Source: Ascoidea asiatica JCM 7603
Lineage: Eukaryota; Fungi; Ascomycota
Length of the DNA stretch: 64,000 nt
Reading direction: 5' to 3'
Assembly: GCA_001600695.1 (NCBI GenBank)
Contig: BCKQ01000023.1
Location: 40,940-104,939, forward strand
Each line of letters begins with the position of its first letter. Position 1 is the stretch's first letter. The translations under genes and the position numbers were made by a program. Below, piece by piece: positions 20,704 to 31,798 of this stretch. The notes under the pieces were generated by a model. It was not told where the DNA came from. It saw only the letters and a program-made list of their open reading frames with translations, and did not search any database.

Positions 20704-22443
20704 ATGTATTTGTTTTATTCAATTTTATCAATATTATTATTTTTGAATCCATTTTCAATATATTCATTAAATCTTACAAATTCTTCAAGTGAAATTTCAG
20801 ATTATTATATTGATTTAAATTTAAATTCAAATGAATATTTCTCATTGTTTAATTCATCTATTGGAACTCCATTTCAAAATATTACTTTTGCAATAAATTT
20901 ACAATCTTCAAAATCTTTTATAATTTCAACTCTTGATTCTGCATGTTCAAATTTTGATTATAAATTAGGTTCTTATTATCGTAGTTCATATTGTTATTAT
21001 CCAAAATTTGATCATTTTAATTCAACTTCATTTTCTCAAATTAAATATGATAATTTATTTACCGATCAATTTAGTTATATATTTCCATATGGTATTTATT
21101 CAAATGATAATTTATGTTTCAATAATGATCAAAATTTAATTATAAAAAACTTCACTTTTGGTTATATTTTTTTTCATAATGATGATACAATATATGGTGC
21201 AAGTCAATTAGGTTTATATTATGATAATTCAAATAATTTAACTGCAGAAATTGATAATAAAGATATGAATATTTGGGATAATTTAATAGATAATAATTAT
21301 ATAAAAAGAAGAATATTATCAATAAATTATGAAAATTCATCAAATTCAAAAATTTTATTAGGTGCTTATGATAAATCAAAAATTTCTTCAAATAATTTAT
21401 CAACTTTACCAATGGTTAATAATTCTTTAGCTTTTACATTATCTGATTTATTATTAGATGTTAAATCTTCTTTAAATTCTTCAAATTCTTCAAATTTTTC
21501 ATTAATCAAAAGTCTTTTTATTGATGAAAATGAAAGATATCCAGTTTTACCAAATATACTTCAATCATATTCAGATATTTTACTTCAGTTACCAGAATCA
21601 TTATATAAAAGATTTGTTTCAACTACAATATATTGTGATAATTTAACTTCAATATCAAATAGTTCATTATTAAATTGTTATGAATCTTTTATTGAATATC
21701 ATGATTTAACATTAAATTTTCAAGGTTTTGAAATTATTATACCATTCTTAGATTTTTTTTCAATAAGTAATGATTCAACATTATCAACAGTTAGTATTGG
21801 TAGTAGTACTGGTATAAATGGTAATTATCTTTATTCATTACAATCTTCAATTCAACAATCTCCTGATAATAATGTTTATTTAGGTGGTCAATTTTTAGAT
21901 TATATTTATTTAGTATATGATTTTGATTTTAGAACAGTTAATATTGGATTACAAAGTAATAGTTCATTATCAGGATCAAATTCAACAAACTCAAACTCAA
22001 ACTCAAAAACAAAAACAAAAACAAAAACAGCAAGTTCAAATATTCAAGTTATTACAGATTCAAGTGTAACTTTATTACCAGATGCAACAAAAGTTTCAAA
22101 CTATTCAATTTCATTTTTTTCTCTAGAAACTACAATCACCCAAATTTCAAAAAATTATACAGGAACTACAACTACCACAAATTCAAATAATAGTGTAATA
22201 ACTACAGTTTTCACAACATCAAGATATAAGGATATTATAAGTGAAACATTCTTAAATAGTTCTGCTCTTGAAAGTTTCACGAACAAATACTATTCTAGTA
22301 TTGAAATCAATAGTTCTAACCTTTCGAGTGAAAAGGTTATCGTGAATATTCTAAAACGATCTGAAGCTTCTAGTATTTCGAGTTGTATGAAAACTTCAAT
22401 GATAATATTTATGGTTTTATTTGGCTTCCTTATTTTAACATAA
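20704..22443 (+). CDS. Probably GPI-anchored yapsin-like aspartic pseudoprotease
   Basis: Signal peptide; SIGTPFQNI, QLGL, ILLGAYDKSK, YLGGQFLDYIYLVYDFD; Ser/Thr-rich stalk; KR followed by small residues and a hydrophobic C-terminal tail. Confidence 0.8.
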   Translation: MYLFYSILSILLFLNPFSIYSLNLTNSSSEISDYYIDLNLNSNEYFSLFNSSIGTPFQNITFAINLQSSKSFIISTLDSACSNFDYKLGSYYRSSYCYYPKFDHFNSTSFSQIKYDNLFTDQFSYIFPYGIYSNDNLCFNNDQNLIIKNFTFGYIFFHNDDTIYGASQLGLYYDNSNNLTAEIDNKDMNIWDNLIDNNYIKRRILSINYENSSNSKILLGAYDKSKISSNNLSTLPMVNNSLAFTLSDLLLDVKSSLNSSNSSNFSLIKSLFIDENERYPVLPNILQSYSDILLQLPESLYKRFVSTTIYCDNLTSISNSSLLNCYESFIEYHDLTLNFQGFEIIIPFLDFFSISNDSTLSTVSIGSSTGINGNYLYSLQSSIQQSPDNNVYLGGQFLDYIYLVYDFDFRTVNIGLQSNSSLSGSNSTNSNSNSKTKTKTKTASSNIQVITDSSVTLLPDATKVSNYSISFFSLETTITQISKNYTGTTTTTNSNNSVITTVFTTSRYKDIISETFLNSSALESFTNKYYSSIEINSSNLSSEKVIVNILKRSEASSISSCMKTSMIIFMVLFGFLILT

Positions 22444-23624
22444 TAATATATAATAAACAATTATCTATTTAGACACTTAATAAAAAAGCCCAAGGGCACA
22501 TAATAATATAAATATTTAAATTATTAATTTTTTCTTCTTGAGACCAAAACTATGGGTTTTTTCTTAACGGAAACAATTATTTCCGTGCTCTTCCAATTTT
22601 CCATGACATCTGGAATTTAAAAAAATTAAAATTTATTTATCCTGAGTCTGGATATATCGGACAAGGATATTTCCAGTTTTTTCATAATTCCAAAAAAGAC
22701 CCATGTTTGTGGTCTTCACCCGGTCACGTTTGACTCCCCTCCCCCAGACTCTTTTTTCTCTGCTCGCCTCAGAACTTTTTTGCTCTGGGCGAAATCTCAG
22801 CTTTTTTTGTTTAGCGAATTTAAAGACAGAATAACCGAGTTCCGGGAGCACTGTCTGCCTGTTTGGGCTTGCTGGGTCTGGTGTTTCAGCCCTCTTTTTC
22901 CGGTTGTTGCACTGGCGTACACTCCCAACACACCGGTGGCTGTCGAGTTGCCTTACTTAACTCGCTGCTTGTCTTTGTGCTTGTTCGGATCTCACTCACT
23001 CGGCCCTCGGTACTCGTGGCTAGTTACCAAGAAATTGAAATATAAAACTTCTTTTGTTTATCATAAAAATACAATGCTGTAATTATTTCATTTACAAACT
23101 TTTAGGTAAACTTTTCAGCAAATTTCATTGATTATTATGAACAACTATTAATATTTTTCAAATGATTGGGGCAAATTGGTCAATTCAAAGCCATGTTAAC
23201 TCTGGATTTCGAGTAAATTGGAATAAATATTCTTCAATTTGAATCAATTTTTAAACAAATTTCAGTCCAATGATATTTTTAACTACCAGATATTCAATTT
23301 CAAATATTTTACTACTACTAATAATATTATGTATACACTATTACACTACAACATTTCAAAATTCTAATTAACTTATTATTCATCTTATTATTTGACTTTA
23401 TTATTATTGTGATTATCAATGATATTCAAATTTGTATTTAAACTATTATTCTTCTTTCATTTAACTAATCTTTGAATATGTCTTTTTTTTGTTTTTTTTT
23501 TTTTTTGTTTGTTTGTTTGTCAAAAACATATTTAAATTATTATTAGATTTAGTTTATTAATTAATTATTTATTTTACTTTATATACATATATTCTTATTC
23601 TTATTCTTATTGTTCAATTAAAAA

Positions 23625-24779
23625 ATGGGTTGTTGTAATGGAAAAGTTGTAGTTTTAGGTGCTGGAATCATTGGTTTAGCTACTGCCTTTGAATTATCTG
23701 AAAAAGGTTATGACATAGTTTTAATTGCAAAAGATTTACCAAATGATTGTAAACAATCTTCAACTTATACATCTTTATGGGCTGGAGCTCATTTTAGACC
23801 ATATCCTTCATTAAATGATTCTGATATAAAAGAAATGAAATTAAATAGAATTACTTTTGAAAAATTAAAAAAATTATATGAAAGATTTGGTAATGAAACT
23901 TCAATTCAATTTTTAAAAGGTATTGATTATTTAGAAAATGATAATAAATTAGGTTATAATCAAGTATTTCAATCAATTAAAAATATTGGTTATTCAAATG
24001 AAACTTTAAATAATTTTAAAGTTTTAGAAAAAAATCAATTACCACATTCAAATTTACAATTTGGTTGTGAATATGATAGTTGGGTTGTTAATGCTCCATA
24101 TTTTTTAAAATTTTTATTTAATTATCTTAAAATTCATCATAGAATTGAAGTTATTGAACAAGATTTAATTTCAATTGATCAAGTTTTTCAATATTTTAAA
24201 TTTCATAGATCTGAAGAATATTTTAAAACTTTTAAAGGTATTATTAATGCAACTGGTAGAGGACTTCAAATGAATGGTGGTTATGATCCTGAAATATTTT
24301 ATGTTAGAGGTCAAACTTTATTAGTTAATAAACCAAAATCTTTAAAATTTGAAAGTCATTTAATTCCATATCATAATAATACTGTTACAATTCAAGAAAA
24401 TGATGGTTCTTGGTCTTTTATTTTAAAATCTCCAAATAATGGTAATCAATATATTATTGGTGGTACAAAACAACTTAATGATTTAAATTTTACTGCAAGT
24501 AAAGTTGATACAGAAAATTTAATTTTAAAAGGTAAAAAATATTTTAAAGAATTATTAAATTGTCAAGGTGAATTTGATATTGAAAAAGTTAATGTTGGTT
24601 TTAGACCTTTTAGAAGAGGTGGTTTTAAATTAACTAAATTAATTATTCCTGAATATAATGATAAATTTTTAATTGATGCTTATGGAGCTGGTGGTCAAGG
24701 TTATGAATTATCTTTTGGTGTCGCAGAAAAAGTTACTGAATTAGTTGGTGATAAATATTTATTCACTCCAAAATTATAA
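23625..24779 (+). CDS. D-amino acid / D-aspartate oxidase (FAD-dependent), probably peroxisomal
   Basis: VVVLGAGIIG, YTSLWAGAH, INATG, VRGQ, VGFRPFR, AYGAGGQGY; C-terminal PKL is PTS1-like. Confidence 0.92.
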   Translation: MGCCNGKVVVLGAGIIGLATAFELSEKGYDIVLIAKDLPNDCKQSSTYTSLWAGAHFRPYPSLNDSDIKEMKLNRITFEKLKKLYERFGNETSIQFLKGIDYLENDNKLGYNQVFQSIKNIGYSNETLNNFKVLEKNQLPHSNLQFGCEYDSWVVNAPYFLKFLFNYLKIHHRIEVIEQDLISIDQVFQYFKFHRSEEYFKTFKGIINATGRGLQMNGGYDPEIFYVRGQTLLVNKPKSLKFESHLIPYHNNTVTIQENDGSWSFILKSPNNGNQYIIGGTKQLNDLNFTASKVDTENLILKGKKYFKELLNCQGEFDIEKVNVGFRPFRRGGFKLTKLIIPEYNDKFLIDAYGAGGQGYELSFGVAEKVTELVGDKYLFTPKL

Positions 24780-25244
24780 GTTTTTAACTTCAAATTTATT
24801 CTAATGATTATTAAATCTTTGAATGACATATATCATTTTTTCATCTGCAGTTATAATAAAGTTATAAAAGTATATTTATAGTAACCTGATTTTTTTATAT
24901 ATATTTCTTTCTCATTCTTCTATAATACATTTTATTTGAAAGAATTACTTATATAATTATAAATCTTAATCTCTTTCACAAAAGTAAATCAAACTTCAAG
25001 CATTCTCTATTTCTTTTCATTGATCATAACTGAAATCAATCAATCTGCAGTAGCATTTTAAGCATTCTTTATCCTATGATTACTCTAGAAATATATCTGG
25101 GTATACATTTCATGTCAATTGAATGAGAATTCGAAGAAGCATTTTAACTTTTTTTCAATTTCAAGGGCAAAGCATAAAAGGTTGAATTATTCAAAGAAGC
25201 TCAACAATTTGTTGTTATTTGCATAACATATTGAAAGTATTTTT

Positions 25245-25318
25245 GGTCCCTTGGCCCAGTTGGTTAAGGCATCGTGCTAATAACGCGGGGATCAGCAGTT
25301 CGATCCTGCTAGGGACCA
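25245..25318 (+). tRNA. tRNA-Ile(AAT)
   Basis: Acceptor stem GGTCCCT/AGGGACC, anticodon loop CT-AAT-AA, T-run terminator downstream. Confidence 0.96.
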
Positions 25319-25501
25319 TTTTCTTTTTTTTTTATATTATTTTTATTATTTTTATTATTTTGATTAGCTTTTTTCTGCTTTGAAGTTTTTTTTTTGTATT
25401 CATTTATATCTATTCTTTATATATATTTCTGTTCAATTGCCTTCTATTTTATATAACTGAAAGCATTATATACAATCGAAATTTAACTGATCAATAGTTC
25501 A

Positions 25502-27064
25502 TTACTTACTTTTTTCTTTCTTCTCTTTCTTATCTTTCTTATCCTTTTTATCCTTTTTATGAGCTTTCTTAGATTTCTTAGCTTTCTTTTGGTTAGACTC
25601 TTCAATAACTTCAGTGGGTGTTTCTACCACATTATTGATATCATCAGTCTTATTTTCTGTGGTTTCTATTTCTTCTGTTTCTACTTTTCTTTTTTTCATA
25701 GATGTATTGACTAACTCACTATCTTCTTTATCGTCTTTAACCTTCTTATGTTTCTTATCTTTTTTATGTTTCTTGTCTTTCTTAGCTTTTTTATCTTTCT
25801 TTGTATCTTTAGTGTCTTCGCTATCTTTAGTATCTTTAATCTCTTTAAGGTCTGTTATTTCTGTTTCATTTGTATCATCATTTAAATTATTTAGTTTTTC
25901 AATATCAAGATTATTATCATTATCATCTTCATGTTTAGATATATCACTTTCATTTAAGTTCATTGGATTATCCCTAAGATAGTCAGTAATTTCAACTTCT
26001 TCAATTACAAGATTATTTAATTCATTTTCATTCGATACTTCTTTTATAAAATCATCTTCAATTTTTAATTCTTCTTTCTTTTGATTTTCCTTTTCATAAA
26101 TCTTTTCATCTTCTTTAACTATACTTTCTTTTCCACTGTCTTCTAAAGTATCCTTCATCTCAACATCTTTATCTTTATCTTTAACATTATCATGATTTTT
26201 ATCTTGACCTTTATGTTTAACTTGATCCTGATCTTGATCTTGATTATTATTGGAAATATCTTTTATATCATCTAAACCTTTGATTATAAATGTTTTATCT
26301 GGACTTATATTTTCTAATAATTCTTTTGCTTTCATAATTTGATCATAAGTTACAGTTTCTTCTTGATTTTGATTATTTTTTTTTATATTTTTTTTAACTT
26401 TTGAAATTTTTATTTCACTTTTATTATCATCATCTATATTCTTATCTACATTCTTATCTTCTTCTTTTCGTTCATCTTTTTCTTTATCATCAATTGATTG
26501 ATCAGATTTAGATTGCTCATTTAATTGAATCGAATCATAAAGTTTATTCCAATTATTAATTTTATCTAATAAATCATTAATAACTCTAATTTTAGAACCA
26601 CCATTTAAACCTTTTAAATAATTAATTAAATAAATTTTATAATTATTAAAATTAATTTCATTTTCAATTAATAAATTTCTAAGTAACCAATTTTGTTTAC
26701 TTTTTGAAAATTTCCAAATGTTTTTATTATTTGTAAATAATTTAAGATATGTTAATTGATCTTTTTCAATATTTAATTTATTTTTAATTCTTTCAGCTTT
26801 TGGTAATTTAATTCTTTTTGGAGCTTTTTTACTAATTTTATTACTATTCAAATTTATTATACTAATGCTATTACTTTTATCATTTTTCTTGTTTTTCTTA
26901 ACTTTTGAATTAGAATTACTCTTATTATTTTTATCTTTATTATTGATTAGATTTTTTTTTGTATTTAATTGGAAAGCTATTGATAATGGATCTTGAGTTA
27001 TATCTTGTTTAACTTTCAAACCTAATCTTTTCCAAGCAGGAACATGTTGTACTTCTTCAGTCAT
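25502..27064 (-). CDS. RBP95: WKF-domain nucleolar ribosome biogenesis protein (YCR016W-like)
   Basis: HVPAWKRLGL N-terminus, WKFSKSKQNWLL, Lys-rich KKDK tail; RRPE-like TGAAAATTTC upstream at 27189-27198. Confidence 0.85.
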   Translation of the reverse strand: MTEEVQHVPAWKRLGLKVKQDITQDPLSIAFQLNTKKNLINNKDKNNKSNSNSKVKKNKKNDKSNSISIINLNSNKISKKAPKRIKLPKAERIKNKLNIEKDQLTYLKLFTNNKNIWKFSKSKQNWLLRNLLIENEINFNNYKIYLINYLKGLNGGSKIRVINDLLDKINNWNKLYDSIQLNEQSKSDQSIDDKEKDERKEEDKNVDKNIDDDNKSEIKISKVKKNIKKNNQNQEETVTYDQIMKAKELLENISPDKTFIIKGLDDIKDISNNNQDQDQDQVKHKGQDKNHDNVKDKDKDVEMKDTLEDSGKESIVKEDEKIYEKENQKKEELKIEDDFIKEVSNENELNNLVIEEVEITDYLRDNPMNLNESDISKHEDDNDNNLDIEKLNNLNDDTNETEITDLKEIKDTKDSEDTKDTKKDKKAKKDKKHKKDKKHKKVKDDKEDSELVNTSMKKRKVETEEIETTENKTDDINNVVETPTEVIEESNQKKAKKSKKAHKKDKKDKKDKKEKKEKSK

Positions 27065-27348
27065 ATTGGAATATATTTCTACTTTCTATAATACAAATTT
27101 TTTTGAATTAAATTTTCAAATATTTGTTTAAATACTTTTGTAAATTTAGTAATAATTTTACTGTAAGAGTTTGGAAATATTCTTCAAATGAAAATTTCCA
27201 CTGAAACTTTTTTTTTTATTTTTTTTTAATTCCAAAGCTACGCCAGTTTTGTGGATCTTTTGATATAAATCACATGACAAGAAAGAAAAACACTAAATAA
27301 TCATACTAACTAATTTATATCTGTATTTTTCCACAAAATTCATCGAAA

Positions 27349-27420
27349 GCCGTTCTCGTATAGTGGTTAGTACACTTCGTTGTGGCCGAAGAAACCCAGG
27401 TTCGATTCCCGGGAACGGCA
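27349..27420 (+). tRNA. tRNA-His(GTG)
   Basis: Acceptor stem GCCGTTC/GAACGGC, anticodon arm CTTCG-TTGTGGC-CGAAG, T-run terminator. Confidence 0.93.
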
Positions 27421-27592
27421 TATTTTTTTACTCTTCTTTATATAAACGTATTTTGAAATATTTCAAATGGTGAATAAATTTCAAATCATAATAAACAAGA
27501 AATATTATTATAAAGAAGATGTATTGAAGAAGATTATGCTTAGGATAATGATTAAGATAATGATAATGATAATGATAATTGGGATATAGAGA

Positions 27593-28822
27593 ATGAATAG
27601 AATAATACCAGATATTAGATTAAAGTTATCTAAGAATTTACAATCTACATTAAAATTAATTTGTTTTAATTGTGGATTGAATAAAACTGGAAATAAAAAA
27701 ATTTTAGTTAATGAAATTTATAATGAATTAATTGAAAAACCATTAATTTTTAAAGAAAAATTTAATGAAAAAAAAAAAGAAGTTATAAAAATTATTTCAA
27801 TTGATGTTGGTATTAAGAATTTTTCATATTGTAAAATGAATTTGAATTTGAATTTGAATTTGAATTTGAATTTGAATTTGAATATTAATATTAATAATAA
27901 AAATAATAGAAATTTAAATTTCAATTTTAATAAACCAGAAATTTTTGAATGGAATAAAATTGATTTAAATTCAATGAATGATTTAATAAATGATTCAAAG
28001 ATTTATTTACCAATAAATTTTTCAAAAATATCATATAAATTAATTAAATTATTAGATATAAATAAATTTGATATAATAATAATTGAAAGTCAAAGAAGTA
28101 GAAGTTCAAATTCATTAAATGTTTTAGAATGGACATTAAGAGTTAATATGTTAGAACATATGTTATATTCAACAATTTTTACAATTAATTCAATTTTAAA
28201 AATTTCAAATAATTTAATTTTTAGTTCATCACCAAAAAAAATGTCAGATTATTGGATTAAAGATGATAAAGATAAAAAAATTAAGAAAATTAAAAAAAAT
28301 ATAAAATTTGAAAGAATAAAATTATTAAATTATTGGATAAATAATTTAATTTTAAAACCTGAATTAGTACCATTTAAATTTAATAAAATTTTAATGAATA
28401 AAATTAAAAATAATTTATTAGATAAAGATATTAATAAGAATTTAAAAATGAATAAAAATAATTTATCAAAAAGATTATTTAAAATAATTTTAAATGGAAA
28501 TGAAGAAATTGAAGATAAATATGGTAATAAAGATATTAATAAAGATAGAAATAAAGGAGATGATTTAACAGATTCATTATTACATGGATTATCATGGATT
28601 AATTGGGAATATAATAAAAGTTTATTAAAGCCATTTATTTTAAGATTATTAATGGAAAAACAAGATAATGAAATGAATAATGAAATGAATAATGAAGATG
28701 AAGAAGATAAATTAAAAGAGAAAGTAATAGAGAAAATAAAAGAGAAAGAATTAATTGAATTTTTGAATAAAATTGAATTGAATCATTCTAAATATTTAAA
28801 TTTTAATGAAAATGAAAAATAA
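27593..28822 (+). CDS. CCE1: Mitochondrial Holliday junction resolvase Cce1/Ydc2
   Basis: SAP-like N-terminus (CGLNKTGNKKIL), ISIDVGIKNFSY, IIIESQRSRS, KGDDLTDSLLHG. Confidence 0.9.
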   Translation: MNRIIPDIRLKLSKNLQSTLKLICFNCGLNKTGNKKILVNEIYNELIEKPLIFKEKFNEKKKEVIKIISIDVGIKNFSYCKMNLNLNLNLNLNLNLNININNKNNRNLNFNFNKPEIFEWNKIDLNSMNDLINDSKIYLPINFSKISYKLIKLLDINKFDIIIIESQRSRSSNSLNVLEWTLRVNMLEHMLYSTIFTINSILKISNNLIFSSSPKKMSDYWIKDDKDKKIKKIKKNIKFERIKLLNYWINNLILKPELVPFKFNKILMNKIKNNLLDKDINKNLKMNKNNLSKRLFKIILNGNEEIEDKYGNKDINKDRNKGDDLTDSLLHGLSWINWEYNKSLLKPFILRLLMEKQDNEMNNEMNNEDEEDKLKEKVIEKIKEKELIEFLNKIELNHSKYLNFNENEK

Positions 28823-29216
28823 TTGTAAATAAATAATTAATTAATTAATTAATGTAATGTAGGATATGATATCTGTTATCTATAGATTAGATTAGATAAT
28901 GATTGTAATGATATTATTTTTTTAAAAGAGTCATAGAGCTTGTAAAGTATATAGAGTATATTATAATATATTCGGGGTTATGCAAGTTTCAGAGAAGTGA
29001 GAAAGATTCAAGAGTTTCAAGATATATATTGAAAGAATTTCCATATACATATAAATGTTATATTATATATATATATAAAGTATATTCAAGTTTATATCTT
29101 TATAATTCAAGTTATCTCAATACAATATATCAGTCAATATATCAGTCAATATAAATATAAATATAAATATAAATACAATCATAAATAATTCAAAAAAGAG
29201 TAATACAGTATATACA

Positions 29217-29378
29217 ATGTCAGGAAATCCATTAACATATTGGAGATGCTGTGAATGCAATTGGTGTCATATTTGGACTCAATGGAGCTGTGAGAAATGT
29301 TATCATTTGAAATGCAAAAAATGTAAGAATTCTTCTACTGGAGATGTTTACACCAGAGATGAATATCCAATGCAATAG
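29217..29378 (+). CDS. 53-aa Cys/Trp-rich zinc-ribbon-like small protein
   Basis: Manual translation: MSGNPLTYWRCCECNWCHIWTQWSCEKCYHLKCKKCKNSSTGDVYTRDEYPMQ. A at -3, TATATAAA upstream, tandem TAG TAA stops. Confidence 0.75.
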   Translation: MSGNPLTYWRCCECNWCHIWTQWSCEKCYHLKCKKCKNSSTGDVYTRDEYPMQ

Positions 29379-29694
29379 TAAAAGTATTTCGTGCTGGTTG
29401 GTGAGTCTGGTCTTTAGTCTGGTCTTTAGTCTGGAGTAAGCAATACATCAATGTAATATAATATAATATAATATAATATAATATAATCATATAATATAAT
29501 CATATAATATAGTAATAGTCATATAATATAGTAATAGAAGCAGTAAAAGTAATACCCAGTGATAGAAGTGTTCTGTGTTCTTGTTCTGTGTTCTTGTTTG
29601 TTTTGTGTTTGTTTTCATTTTCGCGCTGGTTACGTAATCCGGATGCAAAGCACGGACCTGTTACAAACCACGCATCGGATAACACAACAACCGC

Positions 29695-29702
29695 GTCACG
29701 TG
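29695..29702 (+). promoter_or_regulatory. E-box GTCACGTG (Cbf1/Tye7/SREBP type) upstream of CAND1
   Basis: Exact match within a GC island; TTACGTAA palindrome nearby at 29630-29637. Confidence 0.45.
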
Positions 29703-29950
29703 CCGCACCCAATATAATAACTCAGTTCAGTAAACGTTAAGCGCCCAGAAATAGAATATAAATAAAGGTGTAGAAATGGAAATAGATGAGAACTGACTAA
29801 TAAACAGAGAAACATCTACCAATTCATCTCTAATTCATCTCTCATTCATATCTCATTCATATCTCATTCATCCATAAATGATTCATTGAATATCATTCTT
29901 TTAATAGTCGCTAATTCATCTCAATTCAATATATTCAATCAATTCAATCA

Positions 29951-31396
29951 ATGTCCTCAGAGAAAATTGATATAAAATTATCATCCCCTGATGATTTCTT
30001 TTCAAATCTAAAAAGTACTGATTCTGATATAAGATTTATGGCTTTAAATGATTTAAATAAATTATTTAAAACAACTTTAGATTATCAATCTTTTTTTCAA
30101 CTTCAATTATCTTTATCTTCTGATTCATTTTCAATAATAAATTTTAATACAATTTCAAATATTGATATAAATTTATCAAATTTAACACAATCTAAAATTT
30201 TAAAATTTTTAAATTTTTTAAAAATTAATAATAAAAAATTAATTTCTGAATTAATTTTAATTTTAAATGATTTAAATTCTGATGTTTCAAATCAATCTTT
30301 AATTTTATTTAATTATTTTATAAAATTTTATAAAATTTTAAATTTAAATTTTAATTTAATTTTAAATAATTTATTTATACCTTTAATAAAACTTTCAATT
30401 CAATTTAATTTAAAATCTTCAAATTTAAATAAATTAACTTTAAATATATATTCAATTGCAATCAAAAATATATTATCTTCAACAAATTCAAATTCAAATT
30501 CAAATTTAAATTTAAATTCAATTTCAGATTCAGATTCTGATTTGAATTTGAATTCAGATTTAATTAATATCTTAAATCAAAACTCAGATTCAGATTCAGA
30601 CTCAATCTTAAACTCAGACTCTGATTCAAATTCAAATTCAAATTCAAATACAAATTCAAATACAAATGCAAATACAAATACAAAATCTTTAATTGAAAAT
30701 TTCTTAATTCCATATATTTTAAATAATTTCAATTATAATTCAAATAATTATTCAATTGATAATTTAGATATTTTAAATCATTTTTTTAAAAAAATTGGTT
30801 TTATTTTATTTAATAATTTTAAAATTTTAAAATTTAATCAATCTTTATTTCTTTTCTTAATTAATTTATCTTTAAATCATCAATATTTAAATAATAATAA
30901 TTCTTTAATTATTAAAAAATCAAATATTTCTTTATCTATTTTAAGTAAATTTTTAAATTTATCTCAATTTCATGATTTCTTAAATTTAATTTTATCTTTT
31001 AATAATTCAAATTTAAATTCAAATTCAATTAATATTTTACAAAATAATTTAAATAAAATTATATTATTAAATTCAATTATAACTTCAAATTTAAAAAAAT
31101 TTAATAATTCTCAATTTAATAATATTTTTACAAATTTAATCTTACCAAATTTATTCTTAATTTTTTTTGAAAAAAATTTAAATAATTTTAATCAAATTGA
31201 AAATTCAATTGAATTTAAAAATTTAAATTTAAAAAATTTTCAATTTATTGATAATTTAAGAATTAATTCTTTAAATTTATTAATCTCTTTATTAAATATT
31301 AATTCAATTCAAATTAATCAATATTTAAATCAAATTTTATTAATCTCAAATTATTTCTTATTTTATGATCCATATTCAACTCTTGATTCAATTCAA

Positions 31397-31453
<57 letters not shown>

Positions 31454-31765
31454 CAAGATGATAATAATAACAATGATAACAATGAAAATGATGACAATGA
31501 CGATGAAGATGAATATAATGATTTTGATTTCTCAGATGATGAAGATTATTATGATGATGAAGAAAGTTTTGATCAATCTTCAAATTTAAGAATTTTATCA
31601 AATTCAATCTTACAAAATTTATTTAAAAATTATTCTTCTGAAACTTTAAATTTAATTTATAATAATCAAATTTTTGAAAATTTAATTAATTTATTATCAA
31701 TTGAAAATAATGAATCTGTTTCATTATCTATAATTAAAACTTTTTCAATATTTTTGGATTTTAAA

Positions 31766-31798
<33 letters not shown>

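Noticed and set aside
27304-27310. TACTAAC motifs at 9280, 27304, ~39037 and 54031 (minus) as intron branchpoints
   Set aside because: No suitably placed 5' splice site, and the adjacent CDSs are complete without splicing.
29404-29433. Short tandem repeats in intergenic DNA (AGTCTGGTCTTT x2.5; also 38425-38455, 56786-56820, 60683-60711)
   Set aside because: Ordinary slippage repeats, abundant in this genome, with no evidence of function.
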